Assembly: GCF_006345805.1 (NCBI RefSeq)
Contig: NC_042999.1
Coordinates: 103,726,001 to 103,790,000, forward strand
DNA: 64,000 nucleotides
DNA from: Octopus sinensis
Taxonomy: Eukaryota
Direction of reading: 5' to 3'
This document shows positions 26,276 to 39,410 of this stretch, piece by piece. The stretch's first letter is position 1; the number at the start of each line of letters is the position of its first letter. The notes under the pieces were generated by a model. It made no database searches. It saw nothing but the letters and a program-made list of their open reading frames with translations, and was not told the origin of the DNA. The translations under genes and the position numbers were made by a program.

Positions 26276-26442
26276 TCAGTGTTATATTTTGAAGATATAA
26301 TTAATTAACTTTGCCTACAATCGCTTCAATTTACACAATACAAATTACAATAGATAGATAGATGGATAGATAAATAGATAGACACATATATATACATATA
26401 CATAGACAGGTTTATATATATATATACATATGTCTATACATA

Positions 26443-26555
26443 AGTGAAGGCACGTCCCAATGATTAGAGCATTGGGCTCACAATCATGAGGTAGAGAGTT
26501 CGATTCCCGGACCGGGCTGTTGTGTTCTTGAGCAAGACACTTTAATTCACGTTCC
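26443..26555 (+). mobile_element. tRNA-derived SINE head
   Basis: B-box GAGTTCGATTCCC followed by TGTGTTCTTGAGCAAGACACTT core; related to 10248 and 55947. Confidence 0.75.
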
Positions 26556-26586
26556 TTTATTTCACTGTGTATGTATATATATGTAC

Positions 26587-26677
<91 letters not shown>

Positions 26678-26829
26678 GATGGATGTATGTATGTATGTAT
26701 GTATGTATGTATGTATGTATGTATGTATGTACATATATATATCCCTTTCCTTTCTTGCCTTTTTCCCTATCTTTTCTGTTTGTATAACCCATATGATGCA
26801 TGTTTGCAAATACAGACATATATATATAT

Positions 26830-27900
26830 GTGCATAAATCACAAATTAGAAACCCTGAATACCGGAAAATACCGGTCAGCGGACATATAGATAGATGTGC
26901 TGGAAATGTAAATCCGAAATTTACAACTTACCCGCTTTATAAATTCAGTGACAACGCAACCTTCACGCAACGCCAAAATAAAGAACTGTATTTCATCAAA
27001 AAATTTAGACCAAGTTTAAACACCCTGGGCCAGGAATATTAAAACAAAAGATTGGTCCTCCGAAAAGGAGAAGCGAAATTCCACCACGGCCGCTACCTTA
27101 AACAGTCACTCACACTGACGGAAATATGTCTTAGGGAAAAGGGAAAAAAAAAAAATTTATAAAAAGATCTCTTCGAACAGATCTAATCCTGATGGACTGG
27201 CCACATACGATACAGCTAAGGGTCAGACCCGATTCTGATTGGTCGAAACATTGATGACATCTCGTTCTGCTGGACTGACCACCTAACGGGATGATTGGTC
27301 AAAGCAGTGATGACGTCTCGTTACGCTGGACTGGCCACCTAACGGGATACAGACAAGGGGCAGATCTAATACAGCTATAGGTCGGACCCGATTCTGATTG
27401 GTCATAATATTGATGACGTCCCGTTCTGCTTGACTAGCCACCTAACGAAACGATTGGTCAAAACGTTGATGACGTCACGTTCGGCTGGACTGGCCACCTA
27501 ACAGGTGATATAAAACCCAAACAATTCACAAGGTTCGCCAGCACTGTCCGAGCGGACACCGACCAAAAGTCATCACAGTTACTCAAGGTAAAATCTAAAA
27601 TGAATTCCTCGCTTTTTCAAGAACATCAATTTTTTATATTGAATGCATATCACCACTATGAACTATTTTTTATATTGAATGCATATCACCACTATGAACT
27701 ACTACATCATACTATTTAAACATATAGCATGAACTCACTTCACTATATATGAACTTTTGATGTCTGACTCTATTGTATATTATATATGAATTTTTTATAT
27801 TTGATAGCATAAACTATCCTTTTTATATATAATTCTTTTTGATAAGGTTCATCATTTCAAGAACCGAAACATGTTAAATAAATAATGTATATATAAAAAT
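26830..27900 (+). mobile_element. Penelope-like element 3' end: GIY-YIG C-terminus plus pseudo-LTR
   Basis: ORF to 27042: [22 protein letters not shown]...QRQNKELYFIKKFRPSLN, the typical PLE endonuclease terminus. Followed by a repeated promoter-like block and a hammerhead-like motif at 27839-27875. Confidence 0.8.
27190..27590 (+). promoter_or_regulatory. PLE pLTR promoter-like array
   Basis: Four GATTGG (reverse CCAAT) boxes at 27237, 27293, 27396 and 27452, each followed by TGATGAC(G/A)TC. Perfect CRE TGACGTCA at 27470, TATAAAA at 27509-27515, donor-like CAAG|GTAAAA at 27588. Confidence 0.55.
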
Positions 27901-29832
27901 AAAAAATTTGTCTAATATAGCAGCATTTTCGAACTTCATTTTTTACAAATATATATATATACCACAATGTATTCTATCAAACGCTACTAATCTAATTTCT
28001 TCTAGTCAACATTTAAACATTTAATTATCAGTTTTCCGAAATTTTTTTAAAAGAGGAGAAATATGTATAGAATTATATATTAATTCTATTCTTTTTTTTT
28101 TCACTCAAAAGAATTTTCTAGATGACAATTATTATATGGAGTAGTTAAACAACTTTAAGATATGTTAGTAAATTAATCTATAAATCTGGTCGTGTGTGCA
28201 TGAATGCTTTTAATTCTTTGACTTCTTCCAATAGCAACAACGGTAAAGAATAATTTATTGAATATTTGAAAAAAATCTTAAATGTTTACAAAGTGTATAT
28301 TCTTTGCCTGAAGAGCCCAGCTTTTCGAGATTACTACGTAGGGATTTAGTGGCAAAAACCAAGTGCACCAATGACTATAAGAATAACTGTGAGTTTATAA
28401 TTGGCGTTATAGATTTTGAAACAATCTCGCATTTTTATGACAGCTTATTTATAGCTAATGGGCCTATATGTGTGTATGAATGCAGGCCCTAGATTCTGTA
28501 CAAACTTGTATAAGCATTATGCTTACATACATGAATCCAATAAGTGTATAACACCAAGATATCTACTCATTTAAGCTTATTTACTCTTTACGTATCTCTT
28601 TTTTAATACTCCCTAGTGTCCATCAATTCTACATTTAATTACAGTTAGTCTATTGTTGTGTATGGATAAATGGCTGTAGGAAAATACTCACTATTGATTT
28701 AACAGCAAACAATTGTGAGTAACTTTCTCATATATTCTGGTATCTGTCCTTAAAAAATGAGATAATTTCAGAATCAAATGACCTTCTCCTAGAACCGTAG
28801 AAGCACTTCACGTTTGAACTCATTGAATATGTGAATTCGTAAGTTATTAACTGGTTGTCTCATACTTTACTTCTCAAGATACATTTTCTCCTATTACTAC
28901 TGCCTTGAATAACTCCTCCTTCGCACCTCTATTTGTCCTTGATTATCTATGAATGAGCACAGAGTACGGAAACCAACTATATATATTGCAAGCAGAATTC
29001 AAGAATGAACAACGAACTCTTAATTCTAGCATTAAATATTTAAACACATAATTATTAAATTCTAAAAATACAATGAAGAGAGTAGAATGATGGAATAAAT
29101 TTAAAATTCCAAATTTTATTTTATTCACCTAGTGCCAATATATTAATAGTTAAGTTGATATAAGACTAATTCTATTTATTTTTGGATCCTAAAGAATGCT
29201 TCAAGATACACACCTTTTAAACAGTTATTGTAGAGATATTAAACAAGTTCTTGGACAGTAACTGAACGAATCTATGATGCGGCAGAATATTAATCTGTGT
29301 TTCTATTTGTATGAATCTTTCTTTTTCAGTCATTGAATTCTTGCTATAGAAGGGATTGTTTTTAACAAAGGAATAAAATTTGATGGTTGAAAAATTAGGC
29401 AATAATAACATGTTGTTATATATTGAATTTTAGAAGTCCTTAATATTTTCACTACTTATAGAGAGAATTTGCGTATATTGTGATTGCTTGTAAGTTACCC
29501 TGCCTGAAAAAGATTTGATTTTATAAGAAAAATCAAATAACTAGAACAAATTTCAAAAATTAAGGTACAAAATTTAAAGAATCCTTGAAATGCCAGTAAT
29601 TCAATATAAGAGCTAAGCAAATTTTCGTTTTTAACATTGCAGTGAACAATTTCTTGTTTTCTTGGTTTCTTAAAACATCCTTCAAACTGAATTTCAAAAT
29701 TGCATTAATCTCATTGTTATCCTGATCAAGACGACCGGGAAAAGCTTGAGAATTTTATTTTCTTCTCTGCCATATCTCTATACATTCAATTGTAACTAAC
29801 AAAAAAATATCTTTTTATTTCTTCTATTTCAG

Positions 29833-30005
29833 GTATCTATTTAACAGTTATTATGGCTCTGACTTCGTTGTCGGTAATTTTGGCTGTGATCGTATCCAAT
29901 ATCAACAACCGAGGATTCCATCAGAAAAAGTTACCATCATGTGTCCTAACGTTTATTACTCTCACCTCAAAATTGGTTTGTTATAAGTTGGAATATATTC
30001 ACAAG
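29833..30005 (+). CDS. Nicotinic acetylcholine receptor-like (Cys-loop) subunit, M3/MX exon
   Basis: Polypyrimidine TTTCAG acceptor (29831-32) and GTGAGT donor (30006). Encodes (G)IYLTVIMALTSLSVILAVIVSNINNRGFHQKKLPSCVLTFITLTSKLVCYKLEYIHK, an M3 helix with nAChR-type post-M3 segment. Phase 1 in, phase 0 out. Confidence 0.88.
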
Positions 30006-30048
30006 GTGAGTGAACACCAACTGAACATACTGTTTATTATTATTATTA

Positions 30049-30105
<57 letters not shown>

Positions 30106-30735
30106 GCAGGTCGGCGAAGTGGCAAAATTGGTAGAGCATCAGAATAAATACTTTACGGTAGATGCGCTAATCTCAAATTATTGATTCCACCTTGAAGATA
30201 GATTTAGAATAATTTTTTTAAAAAGCTGACAGTTAAACGAATAGGCACAGTTATAACCGCACGTAGTTACATTTTGAGAAATACAAAGGAAAAAGTTACG
30301 AAACCACTAGCTTAAAGGACAATAAATATCAGTAGCAACCCAATTTCCGCTAGAGTTACAAACCGAAAGGAAATAATAGACATTAGTCAGCTCCAGAAAA
30401 GGAAAAGATGTGGAAAGGTTATGATACCAAAGAGATGGTCTTCTGATCAAAGTATTTACCTAAAATAAGATAAATAGAAAATTGAAGCTTCCATATGCTC
30501 GGATTAGAGGAGCTGGAGAAAGATTTAGTCAATGTGTGGAAAGGCATGTGTTTCCTTGACCGAAGCAGGTTATGTGAAGACACTTGTACTGCGAGACATT
30601 CCCTTCACTAGCTAGCGACTGGAGATCACAAAACATTCAAATCCTTCTCACAGTATCTCACCCTCCGTCTATTGTACCCCGTCATTGATACAGCCATTTT
30701 ACTATACCAATGGAAGCTACAAGCTGAAAATGTAT

Positions 30736-31152
30736 TACTCTTTTTACTCTTACTTTTTTACTTGTTTCAGTCATTTGACTGCGGCCATGCTGGAGCACCG
30801 CCTTTAGTCGAGCAAATCGACCCCGGGACTTATTCTTTGGAAGCCCAGTACTTATTCTATCGGTCTTTTTTGCCGAACCGCTAAGTGACGGGGACGTAAA
30901 CACACCAGCATCGGTTGTCAAGCAATGCTAGGGGGACAAACACAGACACACAAACACATACACATATATATATATATATATATATATACGACAGGCTTCT
31001 TTCAGTTTCCGTCTACCAAATCCACTCACAAGGCATTGGTCGGCCCGGGGCTATAGCAGAAGACACTTGCCCAAGATGCCACGCAGTGGGACTGAACCCG
31101 GAACCATGTGGTTGGTAAGCAAGCTACTTACCACACAGCCTCTCCTGCGCCT
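30736..31152 (-). mobile_element. Full-length SINE family B
   Basis: tRNA-like head at 31152, internal TA/CA tract, tail GGCGGTGCTCCAGCATGGCC...TGACTGAAACAAGTAAAA. Confidence 0.9.
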
Positions 31153-31489
31153 ACTCCTGTATTGCTCATTTTTAGCCTTGATTTTATTTTTCACAAGCTT
31201 GTATTTCTGTGACATCCACTTTGCTTTCTTCTATAGTTCATAAATCACTTCTCTGCTTTTCCTCCTAAGTCTAATGCCAAACAGGTAAGACAGCATAAGT
31301 CTAGCTACAAACTCACGATATCCCAGCTTCTGCGAGATCTGTTGTACACTGGGATTTTAACTTTCTACACTACGAAACTTGATGTCGCAAACAACGAAGA
31401 TTTTATGCACTAGATTTACTGCGCCGCATGAATTAATTTAAAGATAAAGAACGCTATCGTTTTCAATTGATTATTGATACGTCACCAAG

Positions 31490-31700
31490 GCGACTCTCTG
31501 GCAGAATCGTTAGCATGCTGAAAAAGTGCTTTGTGACATTTCTTTCGGCTTTCTGTCCTGAGTTCAAATGCCGCCGAAGTCAATTTTGTTTTTCATCTTT
31601 TCCGATTCGATAAAATTAAGTTCTAGTCAAGACTGAGGCCGATGAAATCGTCTAACCCCTTTGCTCAAAATTTCAAGCCTTATTCCTTTTGTAGAAAGGA
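31490..31700 (+). mobile_element. SINE family A, degenerate
   Basis: CTGGCAGAATCGTTAGC, GAGTTCAAATGCC and a degraded core. Confidence 0.8.
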
Positions 31701-31768
31701 TTATCAAAATATCGTTATATACTCTAAGTTGAATATATTTGCTAATTGTTACCCTTTTTTATTCCCAG

Positions 31769-32221
31769 GTAAAATATGAAGAAATAAAGTCCTCTTCATT
31801 TCAAGTGGTTGTTAAACGAAACAAGAAGAAATACACTCGGGCACATCCGAGCGAGTCTGGATGTAATCTCATAGAGTTCGAAAGCAATGATCAGACTGCA
31901 TATTCAAGCCGTGTGGTCGAAGACAGCAACTTAACACATCGAGGCACTCACAGAACTAGGGGCGTGCAGGTATCTTGCGGATCAGAGAGTCCGCGTTCTT
32001 GGGAAGCCGAAGAGATACTCGCGAAACTACAGATTCTGCTCAACAGAGAAGAAGAGAAGCTACACGAACTAGCCTTAATGAAACAATGGCAGGAAGTTGC
32101 TGAAGTCGTTGACCGCTTGCTGTTCTGGATGTTTGTGCTTTCCACCTTGTTCTGTTCACTTTCCATACTTGTCTTCATACCGATGACCAAGTCAAAACAA
32201 GCGATTGACATTGAAGAATGA
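31769..32221 (+). CDS. Nicotinic acetylcholine receptor-like subunit, terminal exon (M3-M4 loop, MA, M4, stop)
   Basis: CCCAG acceptor (31767-68), phase 0 matching the upstream donor. Encodes ...ILAKLQILLNREEEKLHELALMKQWQEVAEVVDRLLFWMFVLSTLFCSLSILVFIP...IEE*, with the canonical W..VA.V.DR M4 motif. Confidence 0.92.
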   Translation, partial: VKYEEIKSSSFQVVVKRNKKKYTRAHPSESGCNLIEFESNDQTAYSSRVVEDSNLTHRGTHRTRGVQVSCGSESPRSWEAEEILAKLQILLNREEEKLHELALMKQWQEVAEVVDRLLFWMFVLSTLFCSLSILVFIPMTKSKQAIDIEE

Positions 32222-33149
32222 AATACAAATATAATAGGAGGAAAACATTTAAATATATGTTTGTATTCAGAATCATATATAAAGTAATGAAAGTGTATAT
32301 ATATATGTGCATATACATATATATAAATATATGTATATATACATATATTCCTAAATACATATATGCATGCATACATATATTCACCTGTATATACACACAT
32401 ATAAATACACCTATTTGTGTGCACATATACGTGTGCCTATGTTCTTGCACGCACTGACATATAAACTTAGCTCAGAAGAACATTCTTCAAAATAGATCGG
32501 ATTTAATCGCCCACAAGACAAATATGAAAAGAAATAAATCTCTTAATTGAAACTTAAAGCTACAAACTTTGTTTCTATGTGACAGACATGAAAAACAAAG
32601 AATATACATACGTAACGAAATCATGGAAAAAGCAACCACAAAAATCAATAATAATAATGATGATGATAATGATGATGATGATGATTATAATCATATTACT
32701 ATTGCTATGAATATTATTATTACCATTTTTATTATCAGAATTTTGGTAGTAATATTGATGATGATGATGATGATGATGATGGTGGTGGTGATAACATTAT
32801 TATGTTCATGATAACGAAGTATATTATGATTAGCACTTCACATGAACTATATCCTATTGCAAAAAAAAAACAAAGCCAAATGTGGTGTGGACATGTCAAA
32901 TTCCATCATCGCATCATACAAGATTTGAAACTACATGAATCAATTTTTTTTGTATTTTTTTGTTGTTGTCTGTTTCCATTTTAATTTTATCCGTGAAATA
33001 ATAGTACAGTATAATGCATGTTACCGTGAGATGCATACAAAGATGTATCTATGTATACATAACTATGCATGTTTTTATACATAGATTTATCAATTTATGT
33101 GAATGAAGAAATAATGTGCTAAATATAAACAAATATTTATTTGCATTGA

Positions 33150-33153
33150 GTGA

Positions 33154-33231
<78 letters not shown>

Positions 33232-33333
33232 TCATTTCTACGTGTGTGTATGTATACACATATGCTTATATAGTATGCGTATATTATATGTTTATATTAT
33301 ACATATAATATACGTATTTATATCTTTATATAA

Positions 33334-33369
<36 letters not shown>

Positions 33370-33399
33370 ATTCATTTCTACGTATATATATATATATAA

Positions 33400-33435
<36 letters not shown>

Positions 33436-33743
33436 CATACATACAGATATATATAAATATAAGTATATATATAATATATAATATAATATAATATGATATA
33501 ATGTAATATAGTATAATATGATTGTATAATAAGTATATATATATGCGCACATATTCACGTATATAATATATGTCTGTATATATATATAATATATATATAT
33601 GCAATATAAATATACTTATATATGTAATTACCTGTGTATATATTTGTATGTGGGCATATATATACATTTATACTCATGCATATGTATATATATATGTATA
33701 GTGTGTATATATATATGTGTGTATATGTATATAGTGTATATAT

Positions 33744-33816
<73 letters not shown>

Positions 33817-33918
33817 TCATTTCTACGTGTGTGTATGTATACACATATGCTTATATAGTATGCGTATATTATATGTTTATATTATACATATAATATACGT
33901 ATTTATATCTTTATATAA

Positions 33919-33950
<32 letters not shown>

Positions 33951-33966
33951 ATTCATTTCTACGTAT

Positions 33967-34018
<52 letters not shown>

Positions 34019-34361
34019 CATACATACAGATATATATAAATATAAGTATATATATAATATATAATATATAATATAATATAATATGATATAATGTAATATA
34101 GTATAATATGATTGTATAATAAGTATATATATATGCGCACATATTCACGTATATAATATATGTCTGTATATATATATAATATATATATGCAATATAATAT
34201 ACTTATATATGTAATTACCTGTGTATATATTTGTATGTGTGCATATATATACATTTATACTCATGCATATGTATATATATATATATGTGTGTATATGTAT
34301 ATAGTGTATATATATATATATTGTATATATATATATATATGTATATATATATTTGTATATA

Positions 34362-34400
<39 letters not shown>
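33150..34400. repeat. ~585-bp tandem duplication of a TA-rich block
   Basis: CACATTCATTTCTACGTGTGTGTATG... starts at 33227 and again at 33812, followed by near-identical downstream sequence. Confidence 0.9.
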
Positions 34401-34401
<1 letters not shown>

Positions 34402-35267
34402 TATATATATAATATATGCAATGTACAGAATTATATCTAAGAATTGCAAACGTATAAAGAGTCTTACAAACATTTTACGGGACAGTTCAAAATTACACAT
34501 GTTCAATTTTCGAACGAACTCTTTACCTCCATAGAGGATTTTATTTATACACATTACACTGACGCACATCAATAGTATAATTACACAAAGTAACGTGTAA
34601 ATCTGAAATACTGTAATTGCATGAAATTATGCGAAGTGGTTTTGAACTTGGGATACTCTTATACACTTCATACCTCGGCATTAACTAGATGATTTATTGA
34701 ATAATAAATGTCAAATGTGCATATATCCAACCTTAAATGGTTATAAACTCTTTCAAAAAAAATTTTTTAATCAAGAAATCATATTGTATTATATACATTG
34801 ACTTTAATGAGCAACCGTTGTAGAAGACATATCGTAACCACGTAATCTAAACAAATAAATTAGAATTATTTACGATGATCGTTGGGAAATTAAACGGATT
34901 TGGCAATGAATAAAAATAATTTGGAATGTCGTGAAACAATGATCTGTTTACTCATGATTTTCGTGTTTCATTATAACTTTACTACAAAAATATTTGTAAG
35001 TTGTTTCCATGTTATGCTTAGTGTTAACAAATTTAACAGATTTGTTTTAGTGGTCTTTTAAAAGAGAGCTACAGTTATAAGTTAGTATATATAAATGAAT
35101 ATATAGATTGTACATATTTATACATTTATATGACTATTGTTGCATCATTATTTCGCAACGTTTATACTCAACATTATTACTACACGTATATATATATTTT
35201 TTTCTTTTTAACACAAAATATATTAAAACACAAGCGTGAATAAAAGACCGACGAAAATAAATTTGAG

Positions 35268-35304
<37 letters not shown>

Positions 35305-35382
35305 TATACATGTTCACATATATATGCATATATATATATGCTTATATAAATATATATATGTATTTATATACATATATGTATG

Positions 35383-35421
<39 letters not shown>

Positions 35422-36664
35422 TACTTGAATGTGACCATTTCTGCGTATAAATATATTTAAACACATACATGATATATACACATATATACATGCACATACA
35501 CACACACGCACTCACATACACATACACAGACACACACACAGACACACATATATATATGGTACGGGTAGTGTATTACAGGATGTTGCTTGAACTGTTTTCT
35601 GTGGTTTTAGCGTCTTACAATCGTAATATGAATTTCAATTATTGTATATTTGTAAATTACCCATATATGCTCACAAAGCCAGCATACAAATACACATGTA
35701 CATATGTGAATAAATGTACATATGCATACGAACACAGATACATACACAAACACACACATATATATATATATAAATTCCATATGGGCTGTAGCTTTGGAGT
35801 TTACTTTATAAAGCCCGTAAACTTGTATCGGCTGTCAGATATTATCATCGAACGAAGATGGATCGCTTCATTGATGACATATCTGAAAATTTGTAACTAT
35901 CTGTTGAGTTTATATAAACATTTACCAAGGGAATGGAGTAATCAGCTCGCTTTATTGCATAATTCAACAGTTGTTTCATCTACGATTTTCCAGAAGTTGA
36001 TTACAGGAATATTATTATAATACATTGAATCTGTATTATTCCAACAATACTGGAAAATATCGGCACTTCAGGTCTATGTATAAACTTAAATTTTGAATAA
36101 GCCACAATTTTGCAAAAAAAATATAACCCACGTTGAAGATGTTCATATCATTTCGTTAGCATATCAATAGTTAAAACAATAACAAATACACAATTCCAAA
36201 CTAACCGGTCAGAAAATAGGGGAATTAAAGAGAAGAAAAAAAAATGGAAACTAAATAAATAAATGAACAGATTCAGTGTAATGAGATAACGTCTTTGTTT
36301 CTTCGGACTTATACATTTATGAATAGATAGCGTCTTCTTTACTGTCATTAAGGTGGCTGACGTACGACTTAGCATTTATTTAGTAATTTGATATTGTTCT
36401 CTGTTACCCACAGTTACACTATCAATTGATTCAGTAGCGGACTGCTAGTAAAAATATTTATGACATTTACCCACTCACACAAACATAGATATTTTTTAGG
36501 CAAAAATGATGTCTTTGTTAAGATGTATTTTTTAAAAATAATAAACTAAATTAAATGATGTAAAATATTCATGATGTATAATTCTAGAGAATATTCAAGA
36601 TGTATGATTTTGGAAACAAAAATTTTTGTCTTATATACTATATCTGTTCATTTACTTTTTTTGT

Positions 36665-37066
36665 TGTGTTGAGTCAAAAGTTTTGCAATATTTTGGCAAC
36701 TAATTTGCTTTATTCAAGTTTCAACAAAAGCAGCTGAACATCTAAAATAGAGGTCATCGTGTTGCACAACCTAAAACCAGCTTTCTGCTAGGTCTTTGAT
36801 CCTATTATTACTTTTTCCGATCAATGGCTCACTTCTTGCGCTCGCGAGGCTTCATCAACCAAGAGGAGGTGGAAGTTTCAATGAAAAAGTCCTTCACCTC
36901 GAAGGACAAGAACTGATATTAGCAAGGGATCAAAGAATTGGAAGAAAGAAGGCTTGAGACGCTGTAATAAAATGGCTTCTACTTTGAATGCTCGGCTGCT
37001 TTTGCTTTAACTTGACGAATAAAGCAAATAAGTTACCAAAATATTACAGAAGGTTGACTCAACACA
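36665..37066 (+). mobile_element. Internally deleted mariner with ~78-bp imperfect TIRs
   Basis: TGTGTTGAGTCAA... inverted at both ends. Interior encodes a frameshifted mariner C-terminus (YYFFRSMAHFL...NQEEVEVSMKK..SKDKN...GIKELEERR...NGFYFE). Confidence 0.8.
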
Positions 37067-37189
37067 GTATTCATGAGTTTATTTTCTATTTATTTTCTCG
37101 CTCTTTTTAATTCCTTGTATTTCCTGACCACTTATTTTGGATTTGTGATTTATTTTGAATTTGTTTTTGTTTTAATTATTGATACGATT

Positions 37190-37368
37190 ATGGTTTCAAA
37201 TTTTGACTCAAAGGCCAGCAGTTTCAACCCAAGTTCTTTACTCGTACATACCGAAAGGATGAAAGGTAAAGTCGATTTCAACTGAATTTGACCACAGAAT
37301 GTACATGCGGATTAAAATCCGCGAAGCATTTTACCCGTCTTCATAACGGTTCTGCCAGCTCACCGCTC
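37190..37368 (-). mobile_element. SINE family A, degenerate
   Basis: CCGAAAGGATGAAAGGTAAAGTCGA core and TTCTGCCAGCTC head on the reverse strand. Confidence 0.75.
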
Positions 37369-37656
37369 TAGATTATTGATACGCTAAAGATATAAGAGCG
37401 TCTTCAATGAAGGTTATTTTTGTAAAATTGTAGCTTATTCAGCATTTCGATTTATACATAGACCTAAAGTACCGATATATTCCAGTATTGTCGGAATAAT
37501 ACTGATGCGATGTATTATTTTATACCTTATTTAATAATATTCCTACAATCAACTTCGGGCAAAGCGTAGATGAAACAATTGTTGAATTATGAAATAAAGC
37601 GAGTTGCTGACTCAATTTCTTTGTCAATGTTCGTGTATACATACGTACGTACATAC

Positions 37657-37762
<106 letters not shown>

Positions 37763-37940
37763 AGAGAGAGAAATAAATTTCTGTTAAATAAACCGCCAGA
37801 AAACACCTGCCAGAAAATAATCAGAAAATGTGTCATCGAAGTATCTTTAAACAATAATTTTAAGAAAAGAAAAACTGCTTCGAAGTTTCGACTGTGACAC
37901 CTTCATATATACATATATGTACACACACACACACACACAC

Positions 37941-37971
<31 letters not shown>

Positions 37972-38534
37972 CACTCATATATATATATATACATACATAT
38001 ATATATATAATCACATATACATACACACACACACATATATATGTATATATATAAGGCAAATAAGAAAATGGAGAGGATAAACAATCGACAAACATCAGCC
38101 AGTAAACATTCAATTATATCTATTTATTAATTGATTACAAACTTATGTGTAAGTGATCCAAGCAAACGAATGAAATAAGTCGATAAATACGTACAGATAT
38201 ATATAGAAATAAATTAATAATAATAGATGAGTGTACAAATACTAAACTCTTACAGCCGTTTCTACCATGAGGCTGCCAAATCTTCCAAGTTACCATCATC
38301 ACGTCAATGATGTACTGGGATGAACAAACATTGAACAGGGACTGGACAATGGTTGGGCCCCAAGGCTTCTTCAGATAGTCCAAAGGGATAACAATAGTAA
38401 TACTAATGATGGGTATAACGTCAATACTATTAATAATAAAAATTATTACTCTAATAATAGCAATAGACCAAAGAACAATAATCCTGATAACGCGAACAAA
38501 GGAAACGATACTATCTGGCTAATACTACCATATG

Positions 38535-38925
38535 CTCTTTTACTCTTTTACTTGTTTCAGTCATTTGACTGCGGCCATGGTGGAGCACCGCCTTTAGTCG
38601 AGCAACTCAATCCCGGGACTTATTCATTGTAAGCCCAGTACTTATTCTATCGGTCTCTTTTGCCGAACCGCTAAGTAACGGGGACATAAACATACCAGCA
38701 TCGGTTGTCAAGCAATGTTGGGGGGACAAACACAGACACACAAAAACACACATGCATATATATATACATATATACGACGGGCTTCTTTCAGTTTCCATCT
38801 ACCAAATCCACTCACAAGGCTTTGGTTGGCCCGAGGCTATAGTAGAAGACACTTGCCCAAGGTGCCACGCAGTGGGACTGAATCCGGAACCATGTGGTTG
38901 GTAAACAAGCTACTTACCACACAGC
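38535..38925 (-). mobile_element. SINE family B nested in the PLE
   Basis: Matches 30736-31152. Confidence 0.9.
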
Positions 38926-39149
38926 AAACTAATTAACAAATATTTTATAAAATTAAAAAGTAAATACTAGGAAATCATTAATAGTAAAATAATGATAATG
39001 TCTGACACATAACCTGGCCGCTATCATCTCTTTTATGAATAATAAAAAAGCTCAACACCTTCTACTTAAATAGAAAAAATAACAGCAGTAATACACACAC
39101 TAATAATAATAATAATAATAATCATAATAATAATAATAATAATAGTGAT

Positions 39150-39410
39150 TATGATGATGATGATGATGATGGTGGTAGTAGTACCAATAATTGTCGGAGC
39201 CCTGGTAACTGTAAGTAAAAACCTTGAGAAGTACATAGAACAAATAGGGGCTGCAATAAGGGTGGAACACTTGCAGAAAACACCACTGCTTGGAACCGCT
39301 CGAATACTCCGGAAGGTGCTCGAAAAATAAGGGGTGTTACCTTAGTTCACTGGTAGTGGACAGCTGACACCGTAGCACATCTCCAGCGTTAGAAGTTGTG
39401 TAAAGGTAAT
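39150..39410 (+). mobile_element. R4/Dong-type LINE 3' fragment inserted in (AAT)n
   Basis: VVVPIIVGALVTVSKNLEKYIEQIGAAIRVEHLQKTPLLGTARILRKVLEK*; near-identical to 51150-51380; (TAA)n on both sides. Confidence 0.85.

Noticed and set aside
27190-27510. Repeat-spacer-like array resembling CRISPR
   Set aside because: The units are degenerate tandem duplications without unique spacers, in a eukaryotic PLE context with no cas genes.
29833-32221. Assigning the receptor to a named subunit or to the chemotactile receptor family
   Set aside because: The diagnostic extracellular domain and M2 are not visible, so no gene symbol can be supported.
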